Below, in pieces: positions 1 through 8,797 of a stretch of DNA of 52,712 nucleotides (position 1 is the first letter of the stretch; the number at the start of each line of letters is the position of its first letter). The notes under the pieces were generated by a model, which was not told the origin of the DNA, searched no databases, and was given only the letters and a program-made list of their open reading frames with translations. Source of the DNA: a bacterium (GTDB lineage Bacteria; Zhuqueibacterota; QNDG01; JABMRT01). The stretch lies in NCBI GenBank assembly GCA_016931355.1, contig JAFGEX010000360.1, positions 1-52,712 on the forward strand, read 5' to 3'. Made by a program: the position numbers and the translations under genes.

Positions 1-2
1 AG

Positions 3-785
3 CAGGTGATGAATGTGGAAAAGCAGGCGAACGGCATTGTCCATGAAAACAGAACAGTGCGGATTCATGAAATGCAGGCCGGGGAGGCGGATTCGTTTCC
101 CCTGCGCAGGCGTCCGGTTTTGACCGGCAAGGTCCGGATCGTGGAGATTGACCAGTACGACTGGTCCCTGTGCTGCGGAACCCATGTCCGCCGGACCGGT
201 GACATCGGCCTGATCAAAGTCATCAAATGGGAGAAATACAAGGGGGGGACACGCGTCTATTTCATCTGCGGCGGCAGGGCGTTCAGGGATTATCAGATCA
301 AAACCCTGTTGATCCGGGAGCTGTCCAGGAAGCTGCCTGCAGGAGAGAATGAAATCCTGGAAAGGATCGAGCAATGGGGCCAGGAGCGCAAGGCCTCCGA
401 GAAAAGGATGGCGGAACTTCTGGACCGCGCGCTTGCATTCGAAGCGGACCGGCTGCTGCACTCCGCGAAAACGACAGGATCCCTGAGAAAGGTATCGGTT
501 TTATTCAAGGACAGGCCCCTTCCGGAAGTACAGGCTTTAGCGAAGAAACTGATAGAAACGGAAGGCGTTGTAGCCATTGTCGGGACGACAGGCGCAAGAA
601 CGACGATTTATTTCGCCCGTTCCCGGAATCTGGATCTTGACATGCGCAACCTGGCCGAGGCTGCAGGCCGCGAGATGAACGGCAAGGGCGGCGGAAACGC
701 AGGCTGGGCCCAGTGCAGCACAGCGGATGCGGAGCTGGCGGAAAAGGCCATGAACAAGGCATGCGAGGCGTGCATGCAGGCATGA
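3..785 (+). CDS. AlaX-type alanyl-tRNA editing protein (AlaRS editing domain plus DHHA1-like C-terminus), 5' end cut by the window edge
   Basis: The frame is open back to base 3. It carries the CCGTHV editing/zinc motif and the C-terminal GKGGGNAGWAQ motif typical of AlaRS/AlaX C-terminal domains. Stop TGA at 783-785. Confidence 0.7.
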   Translation, partial: QVMNVEKQANGIVHENRTVRIHEMQAGEADSFPLRRRPVLTGKVRIVEIDQYDWSLCCGTHVRRTGDIGLIKVIKWEKYKGGTRVYFICGGRAFRDYQIKTLLIRELSRKLPAGENEILERIEQWGQERKASEKRMAELLDRALAFEADRLLHSAKTTGSLRKVSVLFKDRPLPEVQALAKKLIETEGVVAIVGTTGARTTIYFARSRNLDLDMRNLAEAAGREMNGKGGGNAGWAQCSTADAELAEKAMNKACEACMQA

Positions 786-972
786 CGCGACCCCTGCCCT
801 CCGCCGCCTTTTTGCAGAGCCGTTCCGGGAAATCCGAATCATCATTTATTCCCTCCTCATTTCCACTTGATCTACTATACTGAGGCGCATTGCGCCGAAA
901 TCGAAAACGGTTGATAATGATATTCGATTGTATTAAATTAGTACGTTTCAAAACGGACAGTCGGGAGGAAAA

Positions 973-1941
973 TTGGACAAGGTCTCGGTTGGAGTCATCG
1001 GCACCGGGCATCTGGGCAGGTTCCATGCATTGAATTACGCGCAGATACCCGGAGTAGAATTGGTCGGCGTTACAGACAGCGATCCGGAGAAGGCCGGCAA
1101 GGTGGCGCAGGAGGCGCGATGCCGCGTTTTTGCGAATATGGATGACATGCTTGCACAAGTGGATGCAGTCAGCGTCGCAGTGCCCACGGACAGGCATTAT
1201 GGTATCGTTTCAGAGATTTTCAAGGCGAAGAAGCATTGTCTGGTCGAGAAGCCTGTAACCGCTACGCTTGATGAGGCGGACAGGCTCGTTCGCATGGCTG
1301 AAAACGCAAAACGGGTGTTTCATGTCGGACACATCGAAAGGTTCAATCCTGCCCTGCAGGCCCTGCAGGGGATGAGGCTCAATCCGAGATTCATTGAAGC
1401 GCACAGGCTCGCTCCCTTCAATCCGCGCGGGACGGAAGTGGCCGTGATCCTGGACCTGATGATACACGACATCGACATCGTACTCAGCCTGGCGGACAGC
1501 CCCATTGAGAACCTCGATGCAAGCGGGGTGGCTGTCGTTTCCGATTCCATAGACATTGCCAATGCGAGGTTGAAGTTCAAAAACGGCCTGACGGCGAATC
1601 TGACGGCAAGCCGTATTTCCCAGAAAAAAATGCGGAAGATGCGTCTTTTTCAAAAGGACGCCTATATCTCCGTTGATTTCGACGCAAAGTTTTCGGAAAT
1701 ATACGCACTGGACGACAGCGGGCCGGAACCGGACATGATTCTGGGAGAAATCGGAATCGGTGAAAGGAAACGCAGGATCGTTTACAGAAAGCCCGAGACA
1801 GGGGAGATGAATGCGCTTCAGACAGAGCTAAAGGCCTTTCTGAACGCGGTGAGGCATGAACCCAGCACAGGGGTGACTGGATCGCAGGGGAGAAACGCCC
1901 TTGCAGTCGCCCTGGACATCCTGAAGAATCTGGAGGCATGA
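973..1941 (+). CDS. Gfo/Idh/MocA family NAD(P)-dependent oxidoreductase (possible UDP-GlcNAc 3-dehydrogenase GnnA-like; function unproven)
   Basis: TTG start preceded by GGGAGG. N-terminal Rossmann motif VGVIGTGHLGRFH and the EKP motif (LVEKPV) of the Gfo/Idh/MocA family. Lies immediately upstream of lpxB/lpxK. Confidence 0.8.
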   Translation: MDKVSVGVIGTGHLGRFHALNYAQIPGVELVGVTDSDPEKAGKVAQEARCRVFANMDDMLAQVDAVSVAVPTDRHYGIVSEIFKAKKHCLVEKPVTATLDEADRLVRMAENAKRVFHVGHIERFNPALQALQGMRLNPRFIEAHRLAPFNPRGTEVAVILDLMIHDIDIVLSLADSPIENLDASGVAVVSDSIDIANARLKFKNGLTANLTASRISQKKMRKMRLFQKDAYISVDFDAKFSEIYALDDSGPEPDMILGEIGIGERKRRIVYRKPETGEMNALQTELKAFLNAVRHEPSTGVTGSQGRNALAVALDILKNLEA

Positions 1942-2514
1942 TTGGACATAGGGCGCTTTTTTTTCAAGTACAGGAGTTTCACTCCGATCCCTCTTATCCT
2001 GGCCGTACTGATTCTTTCCCGCCCCACCTGGATTTCATTCGCAGCTGGATGCGCGCTGGTCCTGCTCGGAGAAGGCATGCGGTTCTGGGGCGTTCTGTAT
2101 GCGGGAAGCGCGACGAGGACGACCGGGGAGGTCGGCGCAGGCCGCCTGGTCACGGATGGGCCTTTTGCGCATGTGCGGAATCCCCTCTACCTCGGCAATT
2201 TCCTTCTAAGCACCGGGCTTCTGGTCATGGCCTGGGCCTGGATGCCGTGGATGCTGCTCCTTTTCTGGACCCTTTTTTACCTGCAATATGCGTTCATCGT
2301 CCGAGATGAAGAGGCTTTCCTGAAACAGAAATTTCCGGATGATTTTGAAAAGTACATGTCGCATGTTCCGCGCTGGGTCCCGTCATGGAAGGGATTCACC
2401 TGTACGGAAAGGTCCAGTCCGGTTTTTAAAAAGGCGTTGCGGTCCGAGAAAAACACGCTGCAGGCCATCATCACCGTTCTCATCCTCATCCTGATCCGCT
2501 GGCATTTGCTATGA
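1942..2514 (+). CDS. ICMT/PEMT-family membrane methyltransferase (LmtA-like candidate)
   Basis: Multi-pass hydrophobic protein. Contains a VRNPLYLGN motif (RHPxYxG-like) and the EEAFL..KF..DF.KY...VPRWVP tail typical of isoprenylcysteine carboxyl methyltransferase-like enzymes. TTG start abuts the upstream stop, and its end overlaps the lpxB start by 4 nt. Confidence 0.75.
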   Translation: MDIGRFFFKYRSFTPIPLILAVLILSRPTWISFAAGCALVLLGEGMRFWGVLYAGSATRTTGEVGAGRLVTDGPFAHVRNPLYLGNFLLSTGLLVMAWAWMPWMLLLFWTLFYLQYAFIVRDEEAFLKQKFPDDFEKYMSHVPRWVPSWKGFTCTERSSPVFKKALRSEKNTLQAIITVLILILIRWHLL

Positions 2515-3725
2515 AGGCCACTGTTTCCGGTAAAATCATGATGATCGCCGGGGAGGCTTCCGGAGACACACACGGCGCCAATCTCATGGCTGCGCTGAAA
2601 AAGAAACGGCCCGGCCTCGTTTTTTTCGGAATCGGCGGGGACCGCATGATCTCCGAAGGCCTGGAGCCGGTTTACCATATCCGCCAGATGGCTTTTCTCG
2701 GCTTTTTCGAAGTGATCAGGCATTTCCCGTTTATCCGGAAGGTTTTCAAGACCATGCACCGGATTCTGGATGAACGGCTGCCGGATCTTGTCATCCTGAT
2801 CGATTACCCGGGTTTTAACCTCAAGTTTGCCGAACAGGCAAGGAAAAAGGGCTTCCGGATCATCTATTACATCAGTCCTCAGATATGGGCCTGGGGCCGC
2901 GGCCGCATCAAAAAGATCAGGGAAAACGTGGACTGCATACTCGTCATTTTCCCCTTTGAAGAAATCCTGTACCGGAAGGCCGGCGTCCCGGCAGTTTTTG
3001 TCGGGCATCCGCTGAAGGATTCCTTTGATCCGGGTGTTTCCAGGCGTGATTTTCTGAACCATTACGGGGTAGGCCCGGAAACGCGCATCCTGGGCCTGTT
3101 CCCAGGGTCCAGGAATCAGGAGGTCGAACGCCTTCTGCCTGTGATGGTTCAGGCTTTCGAGAGGCTCAGATCCGAAATGCCGGATCTGGAGGCCATGGTG
3201 GGCCAGGCAAACACGCTGCCGGATTCTTTGTACAGCGATATGCTGGGAGGACATGACCGCATCATCCGGCTGCGGGATCAAACCCATGCGCTCATGAAAT
3301 ACTGCGACGTTGCGCTTGTCGCATCAGGCACAGCCACCCTGGAGACTGCCATGGCAGGCACTCCAATGGTCGTGCTGTACAAGATGGCGCCCCTGTCCTT
3401 CTTTATCGGCAGGCTTCTGGTGCGCATCCCGGACATCGGGCTTGTGAATATTGTTGCAGGCAGGCGCATCGTACCGGAGCTTGTCCAGGGGGATGCGTCG
3501 CCTGACCGCATCTTTCATGCAGTCAAGCCCTTCCTGACCGATGAAGCGTACAACCGGCGGACGAGGAAGGAGCTTCTCCGGGTGAATCAAAAACTGGGCG
3601 GACGCGGCGCATCCGGCCGCGCGGCAGCCAGGATCCTGGATTTTCTCGACGAAGGGAAATTCCTGAACAGCAGGAAAGAGAAATGCACTGGCAGAACATC
3701 CCGACGATCGTCATCCTGTTCCTGA
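2511..3725 (+). CDS. lpxB: lipid-A-disaccharide synthase
   Basis: N-terminal IAGEASGD motif, YYISPQIWAWG, and FVGHPL; GT19-type LpxB over its full length. The last ~20 residues look like a non-conserved tail. Confidence 0.93.
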   Translation: MKATVSGKIMMIAGEASGDTHGANLMAALKKKRPGLVFFGIGGDRMISEGLEPVYHIRQMAFLGFFEVIRHFPFIRKVFKTMHRILDERLPDLVILIDYPGFNLKFAEQARKKGFRIIYYISPQIWAWGRGRIKKIRENVDCILVIFPFEEILYRKAGVPAVFVGHPLKDSFDPGVSRRDFLNHYGVGPETRILGLFPGSRNQEVERLLPVMVQAFERLRSEMPDLEAMVGQANTLPDSLYSDMLGGHDRIIRLRDQTHALMKYCDVALVASGTATLETAMAGTPMVVLYKMAPLSFFIGRLLVRIPDIGLVNIVAGRRIVPELVQGDASPDRIFHAVKPFLTDEAYNRRTRKELLRVNQKLGGRGASGRAAARILDFLDEGKFLNSRKEKCTGRTSRRSSSCS

Positions 3726-3880
3726 CACTGCTCGGATCTGTCGCAAACCTGATCGTGGCTGAAAGCGCGGAAAAACGCGGCATGCATTTATCCTTCAACG
3801 CCTATCTGAAGACCGGCATCCCGATCACCCTGCTTTCCCTGGCTGCCGGCGTATTGTGTATCCTGCTCATCAGGATTTAG
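3683..3880 (+). pseudogene. 65-aa two-helix ORF resembling the extreme C-terminus of an ArsB/NhaD-type anion permease; either a gene remnant or a small membrane protein
   Basis: Pattern GS.A.L....A.KRG..LS...YLKTGIPITLL matches my recollection of the last two helices of ArsB (GSLATLLWLHVL.QK...ISWGYYFRTGI..TLP). AGGAAAGAG lies upstream of the ATG. It overlaps the lpxB tail by 43 nt. Confidence 0.35.
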
Positions 3881-3889
3881 CCGGAGGCG

Positions 3890-4993
3890 TTGCCCATCGC
3901 TGTTCTGACCGACATCTGGAGAAAGCGGGATTTATCCGCAGTCTTATGGCCGTTGTCTTTGCTTTACGGAGCGGTCATACATCTGAGGAATGCCGCCTTT
4001 GACAGGGACCCTTCCAGAATCCGGAGACTGCCCGCATTCCTGATCGCCCTGGGAAATATCACAGTCGGCGGCACCGGCAAGACGCCTGCTGCGGTCATGA
4101 TCGGCTCGATGCTTCGCAGGCAGGGCCTGCGGGTTGGGATATTGAGCCGCGGATACGGGAGGACTGAAAAGGACACCCAAGCCGTGTCTGATGGATCACG
4201 GCTGCTGACAGGCCCGGAACAGGCCGGTGACGAACCTGTCCTTCTGTCCATGCTGCTCCCGGATGTCCCAGTACTCGTGGGTGCGGACAGGGTGGAATCC
4301 GGGCGTTTGGCGGTTGAAAGGTTCGGATGCAATGCCCTGATTCTCGATGATGCGTTCCAGCACAGGTGCATTGCCCGTGATTTGAACCTGGTCTTGATCG
4401 ATGCAGTCAACCCGTGGGGCAACGGCTGGATGCTGCCGGCCGGCCCTCTGCGAGAACCGGTTTCCTCGCTGAAGCGCGCTGACGCGGTTCTCCTGGCCAG
4501 GGCGGACCAGGCCGTATCCTGCGAGAGGACCAGAACCCTGATCAGGAAATGGACGCAGGCGCCGGTTTTCGAGGCCGTGCATCAGCCGGTTACATGGGTC
4601 CTGCCAGGGGGAATAGAGGAAAAACCGCTTGATTTTCTGGACGGCCGATCCGTTTTTGCGTTCGCCGGCATCGGCCATCCGGAGTCATTCCTCCGCACGC
4701 TGGAGGGAATCGGAGTTTCCTGCGCCGGATTTAAAAGATACGGGGATCATCATCCCTATTCGATGAATGATCTCAGGAAACTGGCAGGGAAGGCTTTTAA
4801 CTCAGGCGCGTCCTGCCTGGTGACGACTGAAAAGGACGGGATACGCCTGCCCCGGGTATGGAATCCGCCTGTACCTGTCTATTGCCTGCGCATCCGGTTC
4901 GAGATGCGGGGCGAAGACAGGGACCGGTTTCACGAATGGCTCGTGGAACGTCTTCAAAAGAAAACGGCGTATTCGGACGGAGAACAGCCATGA
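3890..4993 (+). CDS. lpxK: tetraacyldisaccharide 4'-kinase
   Basis: TTG start after GGAGG. P-loop GNITVGGTGKTP and ILSRGYGR motif. Length is typical of LpxK. Confidence 0.92.
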   Translation: MPIAVLTDIWRKRDLSAVLWPLSLLYGAVIHLRNAAFDRDPSRIRRLPAFLIALGNITVGGTGKTPAAVMIGSMLRRQGLRVGILSRGYGRTEKDTQAVSDGSRLLTGPEQAGDEPVLLSMLLPDVPVLVGADRVESGRLAVERFGCNALILDDAFQHRCIARDLNLVLIDAVNPWGNGWMLPAGPLREPVSSLKRADAVLLARADQAVSCERTRTLIRKWTQAPVFEAVHQPVTWVLPGGIEEKPLDFLDGRSVFAFAGIGHPESFLRTLEGIGVSCAGFKRYGDHHPYSMNDLRKLAGKAFNSGASCLVTTEKDGIRLPRVWNPPVPVYCLRIRFEMRGEDRDRFHEWLVERLQKKTAYSDGEQP

Positions 4994-6357
4994 ACAAAAA
5001 CCGGGTGCTGGTCGTTGACGATGAGAAGCATATCCGAAAGCTGGTCGAGGACATCCTGAGAGACCAGTATTCGGTTCATCAGGCTGTCAGCGGCGAATCC
5101 TGCATCAGAAAACTGTCCGACACGGGCGCGGACATCGTGCTTCTGGATCTTCAGCTTCAGGGTATGGACGGTCTAAGGACCCTGGAGAGAATCAAGGCGC
5201 TTTCCCCCCGCATGCCTGTGGTCATCATGACCGGACACGGCACCATTGAAAAGGCCGTTTCCTCCATGAAACTCGGCGCATACGATTTTCTGACAAAGCC
5301 TTTCAACGCCGAAAGGCTGCGCATCACCATCAAAAACGCGCTTGAGGCCAGCGCGCTGGAATCCGAGGTGCAGACGCTGCGCTCAGAGCTCAAGAACAAG
5401 TATGAACTCTCCAACATCATCGGACAGAGCGGCGTGATGCAGGAGGTGTTCCGGGCTGTGGAGAAGGTCGTGAACAGCGAGGTCACGGTTCTCATCCAGG
5501 GAGAGAGCGGGACCGGGAAGGAGCTCATCGCACGCGCCATTCACAACCAGAGCCGGGACAGAATGTCGAATCCCTTTGTGGCCGTAAACTGCACGGCGTT
5601 GCCGGAATCCCTGCTGGAGAGCGAGCTTTTCGGGCACGAGAAGGGCGCATTCACAGGAGCCGCTTCGAGGCGCATCGGCAAATTCGAACTGGCGGACAAC
5701 GGGACTGTTTTCCTGGATGAAATCGGAGAGATGAGCCAGCCGATTCAGGCCAAGATACTCCGGGTGCTTCAGGAGAGGGAATTCGAGCGGCTGGGGGGCA
5801 ATGCGCTCGTGCGGGTGAACATCCGGCTCATTTCGGCCACGAACAAGAATCTGTGGGAGATGGTGCGCAAAGGGCTGTTCCGGGAAGATCTGTTTTACAG
5901 GATCAGCGTGTTCCCGATCAGGCTTCCGCCCCTCAGGGACCGGAAATCCGATATTCCCCTGCTGTGCGGGCATTTCATCAAGCGTTACGCGGGCCGGGAG
6001 AAGAAAACGCTGAAAGGCATCATTCCGGAAGCCCTCCAGCTGCTGATGAAGTACCATTGGCCCGGAAATGTGCGCGAGCTGGAGAATACGATCGAGCGCG
6101 CGGTCGTCATCACGAACAGCGCCGAGATACACATCGAGGATCTTCAACCCCATATCGTGGCCATCGGCAGGGGGCTGGCGCTGGAGCCGTCGGATGAGAC
6201 GCTTCCTGAATGGATCGAGAAACTGGAGATCGACGTGCTGCGGAAAACACTTCTGGAGTATGAAGGCAATATCACAAAGGCTGCGAAAAAACTGGGCATC
6301 GGGAGGGCCACTATTTACCGGAAGGCCAGGAAATATAACCTGCCCATTTCCAGATAA
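4990..6357 (+). CDS. sigma54-dependent Fis-family response regulator (NtrC class)
   Basis: ATG at 4990 overlaps the lpxK stop (ATGA). Receiver domain ([16 protein letters not shown]), AAA+ Walker [15 protein letters not shown] motif, and a C-terminal Fis-type HTH ([14 protein letters not shown]). The ORF-track start at 4858 lies inside lpxK and was rejected. Confidence 0.92.
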   Translation: MNKNRVLVVDDEKHIRKLVEDILRDQYSVHQAVSGESCIRKLSDTGADIVLLDLQLQGMDGLRTLERIKALSPRMPVVIMTGHGTIEKAVSSMKLGAYDFLTKPFNAERLRITIKNALEASALESEVQTLRSELKNKYELSNIIGQSGVMQEVFRAVEKVVNSEVTVLIQGESGTGKELIARAIHNQSRDRMSNPFVAVNCTALPESLLESELFGHEKGAFTGAASRRIGKFELADNGTVFLDEIGEMSQPIQAKILRVLQEREFERLGGNALVRVNIRLISATNKNLWEMVRKGLFREDLFYRISVFPIRLPPLRDRKSDIPLLCGHFIKRYAGREKKTLKGIIPEALQLLMKYHWPGNVRELENTIERAVVITNSAEIHIEDLQPHIVAIGRGLALEPSDETLPEWIEKLEIDVLRKTLLEYEGNITKAAKKLGIGRATIYRKARKYNLPISR

Positions 6358-6367
6358 GGAGAGCCCT

Positions 6368-8032
6368 GTGTTGCATCAAACGGATTTCCTGGTTGTCGGG
6401 AGCGGGATCGCAGGACTGAGTTTCGCTCTCAGGGCTTCTGAAAACGGGGCGGTGGTCATTCTGACGAAAAAAATGCGAGCGGACACGAACACCAACCGGG
6501 CGCAGGGCGGCATTGCTGCAGTGTCCGGCAAGGATGATTCATTTGAACTCCATATCCGGGATACAATGGCTGCTGGAGTGGGGCTCTGCCATGAGCGGGC
6601 GGTTCAGCAAATCGTTCGAGAAGGGCCTGCGAGCATCCGGGAACTGGAGGAATGGGGCGTTGCGTTCTCCAGAAACCAGGAGGGAGCCGCGGGCCTGGAA
6701 CTCGGCCGGGAGGGAGGCCACAGCAGGGACCGCATCATCCATGTTCAGGATAAAACCGGGATGGCCATGGAACAGGCCCTGCTTGAGAGGGTGCGCAGGC
6801 ACTCCAACATCCTGATACTGGAGAACCATTCCGCGGTTGAATTGATCACGGAGCATCATTACATCAGGGAAGGCAGGAGGAATCACAGCGGCATCCATTG
6901 CTGGGGGGCTTATGCCCTGAACGGCAATACCGGTGAAGTGGATATGTACATTGCGCCTGTGACGCTTCTCGCGAGCGGCGGCGCAGGGCAGGTGTACCTG
7001 CACACGACCAATCCGGCCATTGCCTGCGGAGACGGGGTGGCCATGGCTTTCAGGGCGGGCGCCGCTGTTTCGGATCTTGAATTCATGCAGTTTCATCCGA
7101 CCGCTCTTTTCCATCCGGATGGGGAGTCCTTCCTGATCTCAGAGGCTGTGCGCGGTTTCGGGGGGCTTCTGAGAAACCGCGACGGCGAACGCTTCATGAA
7201 GACGACCCATGAACAGGCGGAACTGGCTCCGAGGGATATTGTGGCGAGGGCCATAGACACGGAGATGAAAAAACGGGGCGATGAATGCATGTTTCTGGAT
7301 GTGACGCATCTGGATGCGGTTAAAATACGCCGGCGTTTTCCCACCATACATGAAAGGCTGATGTCCCTGAAAATCGACATGACAGCCGAGTGGATACCGG
7401 TCGTCCCGGCCGCTCATTACCTTTGCGGCGGCATCCGGACCGACTTGTCCGGCAGAAGCACGATACAGGGATTGTATGTCACCGGAGAAGCGGCTTGCAC
7501 GGGTGTTCACGGGGCGAACCGCCTGGCCTCCAATTCGCTTCTGGAAGCCGTGGTTTTTTCCAAAAAGGCCTTTCTGGATTCCACAGGCTATCTCTCCAGG
7601 ATGAAAACCAGGGGGATCAGGCCTCCGGACATCCCGGCATGGGATGATTCCGGGACGTATGACCAGGAGGAATGGGTGCTGATTTCGCATGATCTGCGGG
7701 AGGTCCGGCGGCTGATGTGGGATTATGTCGGAATCGTCCGTTCCACGGAAAGGCTGGAGAGGGCCGGGCGGCGCATTGATCTGATTGCCGGCCAGGTGGA
7801 ATCTTTTTATAAAAGGACCCGAGTAACCGCTCCGCTTCTGGAACTGCGGAACATATGCAGGATGGCATCCCTCATCATCCGTTGCGCGCTGTTTCGAAAG
7901 GAAAGCCGGGGCCTTCATTTCACAACGGATCATCCAGAACGGGACGACCGGCATTGGTTGGGCGATACCATCGTGATGGGGGACAGGACTTATCTGGAAC
8001 CGCTTTCGGATAATGAGCTGGAATGGGATTGA
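6368..8032 (+). CDS. nadB: L-aspartate oxidase
   Basis: GTG start 5 nt after AAGGAGAG. FAD motif VVGSGIAGLS, plus FMQFHPT and HGANRLASNSLLE motifs. The ORF-track start at 6068 lies inside the upstream gene. Confidence 0.92.
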   Translation: MLHQTDFLVVGSGIAGLSFALRASENGAVVILTKKMRADTNTNRAQGGIAAVSGKDDSFELHIRDTMAAGVGLCHERAVQQIVREGPASIRELEEWGVAFSRNQEGAAGLELGREGGHSRDRIIHVQDKTGMAMEQALLERVRRHSNILILENHSAVELITEHHYIREGRRNHSGIHCWGAYALNGNTGEVDMYIAPVTLLASGGAGQVYLHTTNPAIACGDGVAMAFRAGAAVSDLEFMQFHPTALFHPDGESFLISEAVRGFGGLLRNRDGERFMKTTHEQAELAPRDIVARAIDTEMKKRGDECMFLDVTHLDAVKIRRRFPTIHERLMSLKIDMTAEWIPVVPAAHYLCGGIRTDLSGRSTIQGLYVTGEAACTGVHGANRLASNSLLEAVVFSKKAFLDSTGYLSRMKTRGIRPPDIPAWDDSGTYDQEEWVLISHDLREVRRLMWDYVGIVRSTERLERAGRRIDLIAGQVESFYKRTRVTAPLLELRNICRMASLIIRCALFRKESRGLHFTTDHPERDDRHWLGDTIVMGDRTYLEPLSDNELEWD

Positions 8033-8070
8033 CGGGCTTCTGTTTTTTTTGTAATTATATTAAAAAATGC

Positions 8071-8099
8071 TTGCTTTTATAATAAACCTATTGTATATT
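8071..8099 (+). promoter_or_regulatory. sigma70-type promoter of cspA
   Basis: TTGCTT (8071-8076), a 17-nt spacer, and TATATT (8094-8099), preceded by an A/T-rich UP-like tract. It predicts a ~150-nt leader, as is typical for cold-shock genes. Confidence 0.55.
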
Positions 8100-8259
8100 T
8101 TCACAAATTAAGTCTCATCCGGGACGCCTTGCATAAAGGCTTTTTCTGTCTATAGGGGTTTAATCGACGCGGGACGTCGGAATCCGGCGGACGGAGCAGC
8201 ATTTTATAAAAGAAACGCACCGGATGGTCGAGGTACAATTCAATTGAAGAGGGTGAAGC

Positions 8260-8463
8260 ATGGAAAAAGGTAAGGTGAAGTGGTTCAACCGCACGAAGGG
8301 GTACGGATTCATCGAGCGCGAAACAGGTGACGACGTGTTCGTCCATTTCAGCGCGATCCAGGGCGATGGTTTCAAGACACTCAACGAGGGGGAAGTCGTT
8401 CAATTCGAAGTCGTGCAAGGCCCCAAGGGCCTGCAGGCTGCCAATGTGAACAAGGCAACATAA
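8260..8463 (+). CDS. cspA: cold-shock protein (CspA family)
   Basis: [15 protein letters not shown] (RNP1) and DVFVHFS (RNP2) motifs; 67 aa; GAGGGTGAAGC lies upstream of the ATG. Confidence 0.97.
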   Translation: MEKGKVKWFNRTKGYGFIERETGDDVFVHFSAIQGDGFKTLNEGEVVQFEVVQGPKGLQAANVNKAT

Positions 8464-8482
8464 GAATAAAACAGTTTCATCG

Positions 8483-8516
8483 AAAAACCCCGGCTCCAAA
8501 GGCCGGGGTTTTTTTG
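8483..8516 (+). terminator. rho-independent terminator of cspA
   Basis: AAAAACCCCGGC-TCCAAAG-GCCGGGGTTTTTTT: a GC stem followed by a T-run. Confidence 0.85.
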
Positions 8517-8520
8517 TGGG

Positions 8521-8556
8521 GTCGAAGTTTGCCGGCAGTGGACTGCCGGCTCATCA
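8521..8556. repeat. degenerate copy of the ~42-bp palindromic element (copy A)
   Basis: TCGAAGTTTGCCGGCAGTGGACTGCCGGC. The inner 8-bp stem is perfect, but the right outer arm has been lost. Confidence 0.4.
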
Positions 8557-8599
8557 TACGAATCTGACAGCGAGCATGTACCCAATGCCTTTTTTGTTG

Positions 8600-8643
8600 C
8601 AGATCGAAGTTCCCCACCGCGAGCGGCCAAGGAGCTTCGATCC
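8600..8643. repeat. ~42-bp palindromic element (copy B)
   Basis: CAGATCGAAGTTCCCCACCGCGAGCGGCCAAGGAGCTTCGATCC shares the outer arms AGATCGAAG/CTTCGATC with the other copies. Confidence 0.65.
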
Positions 8644-8797
8644 CCTCCATAGGACTTTATCGTTTTAAATCTGTAAAAGCCATTGACTTGAAAAAAAGGT
8701 GGCCCCTTTTTTTCTATTTCAACTCAATCTCTGGTTGCTTTCATAACATGGTAACCGGAGGTGATCAAACGGTCCGGAAATGCCGCTTCCTCCAACT

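Noticed and set aside
4858-4989. Longer N-termini for the response regulator (4858), nadB (6068), folE2 (25084), queE (27031), the histidine kinase (29200) and the nucleotidyltransferase (37332).
   Set aside because: These extensions lie inside the preceding genes. Internal starts with an RBS or stop-start overlaps give N-termini that match the respective families.
8521-8643. Possible CRISPR array. The palindromic ~42-bp units have a GTTCCCCGC...GCGGGGA core like type I-E repeats, and two copies lie ~80 nt apart here.
   Set aside because: There are only two degenerate units at this site. The other copies are solitary and kilobases apart. There is no regular repeat-spacer periodicity, no leader and no cas genes in the window. 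Dispersed REP-like palindromes explain the data better.
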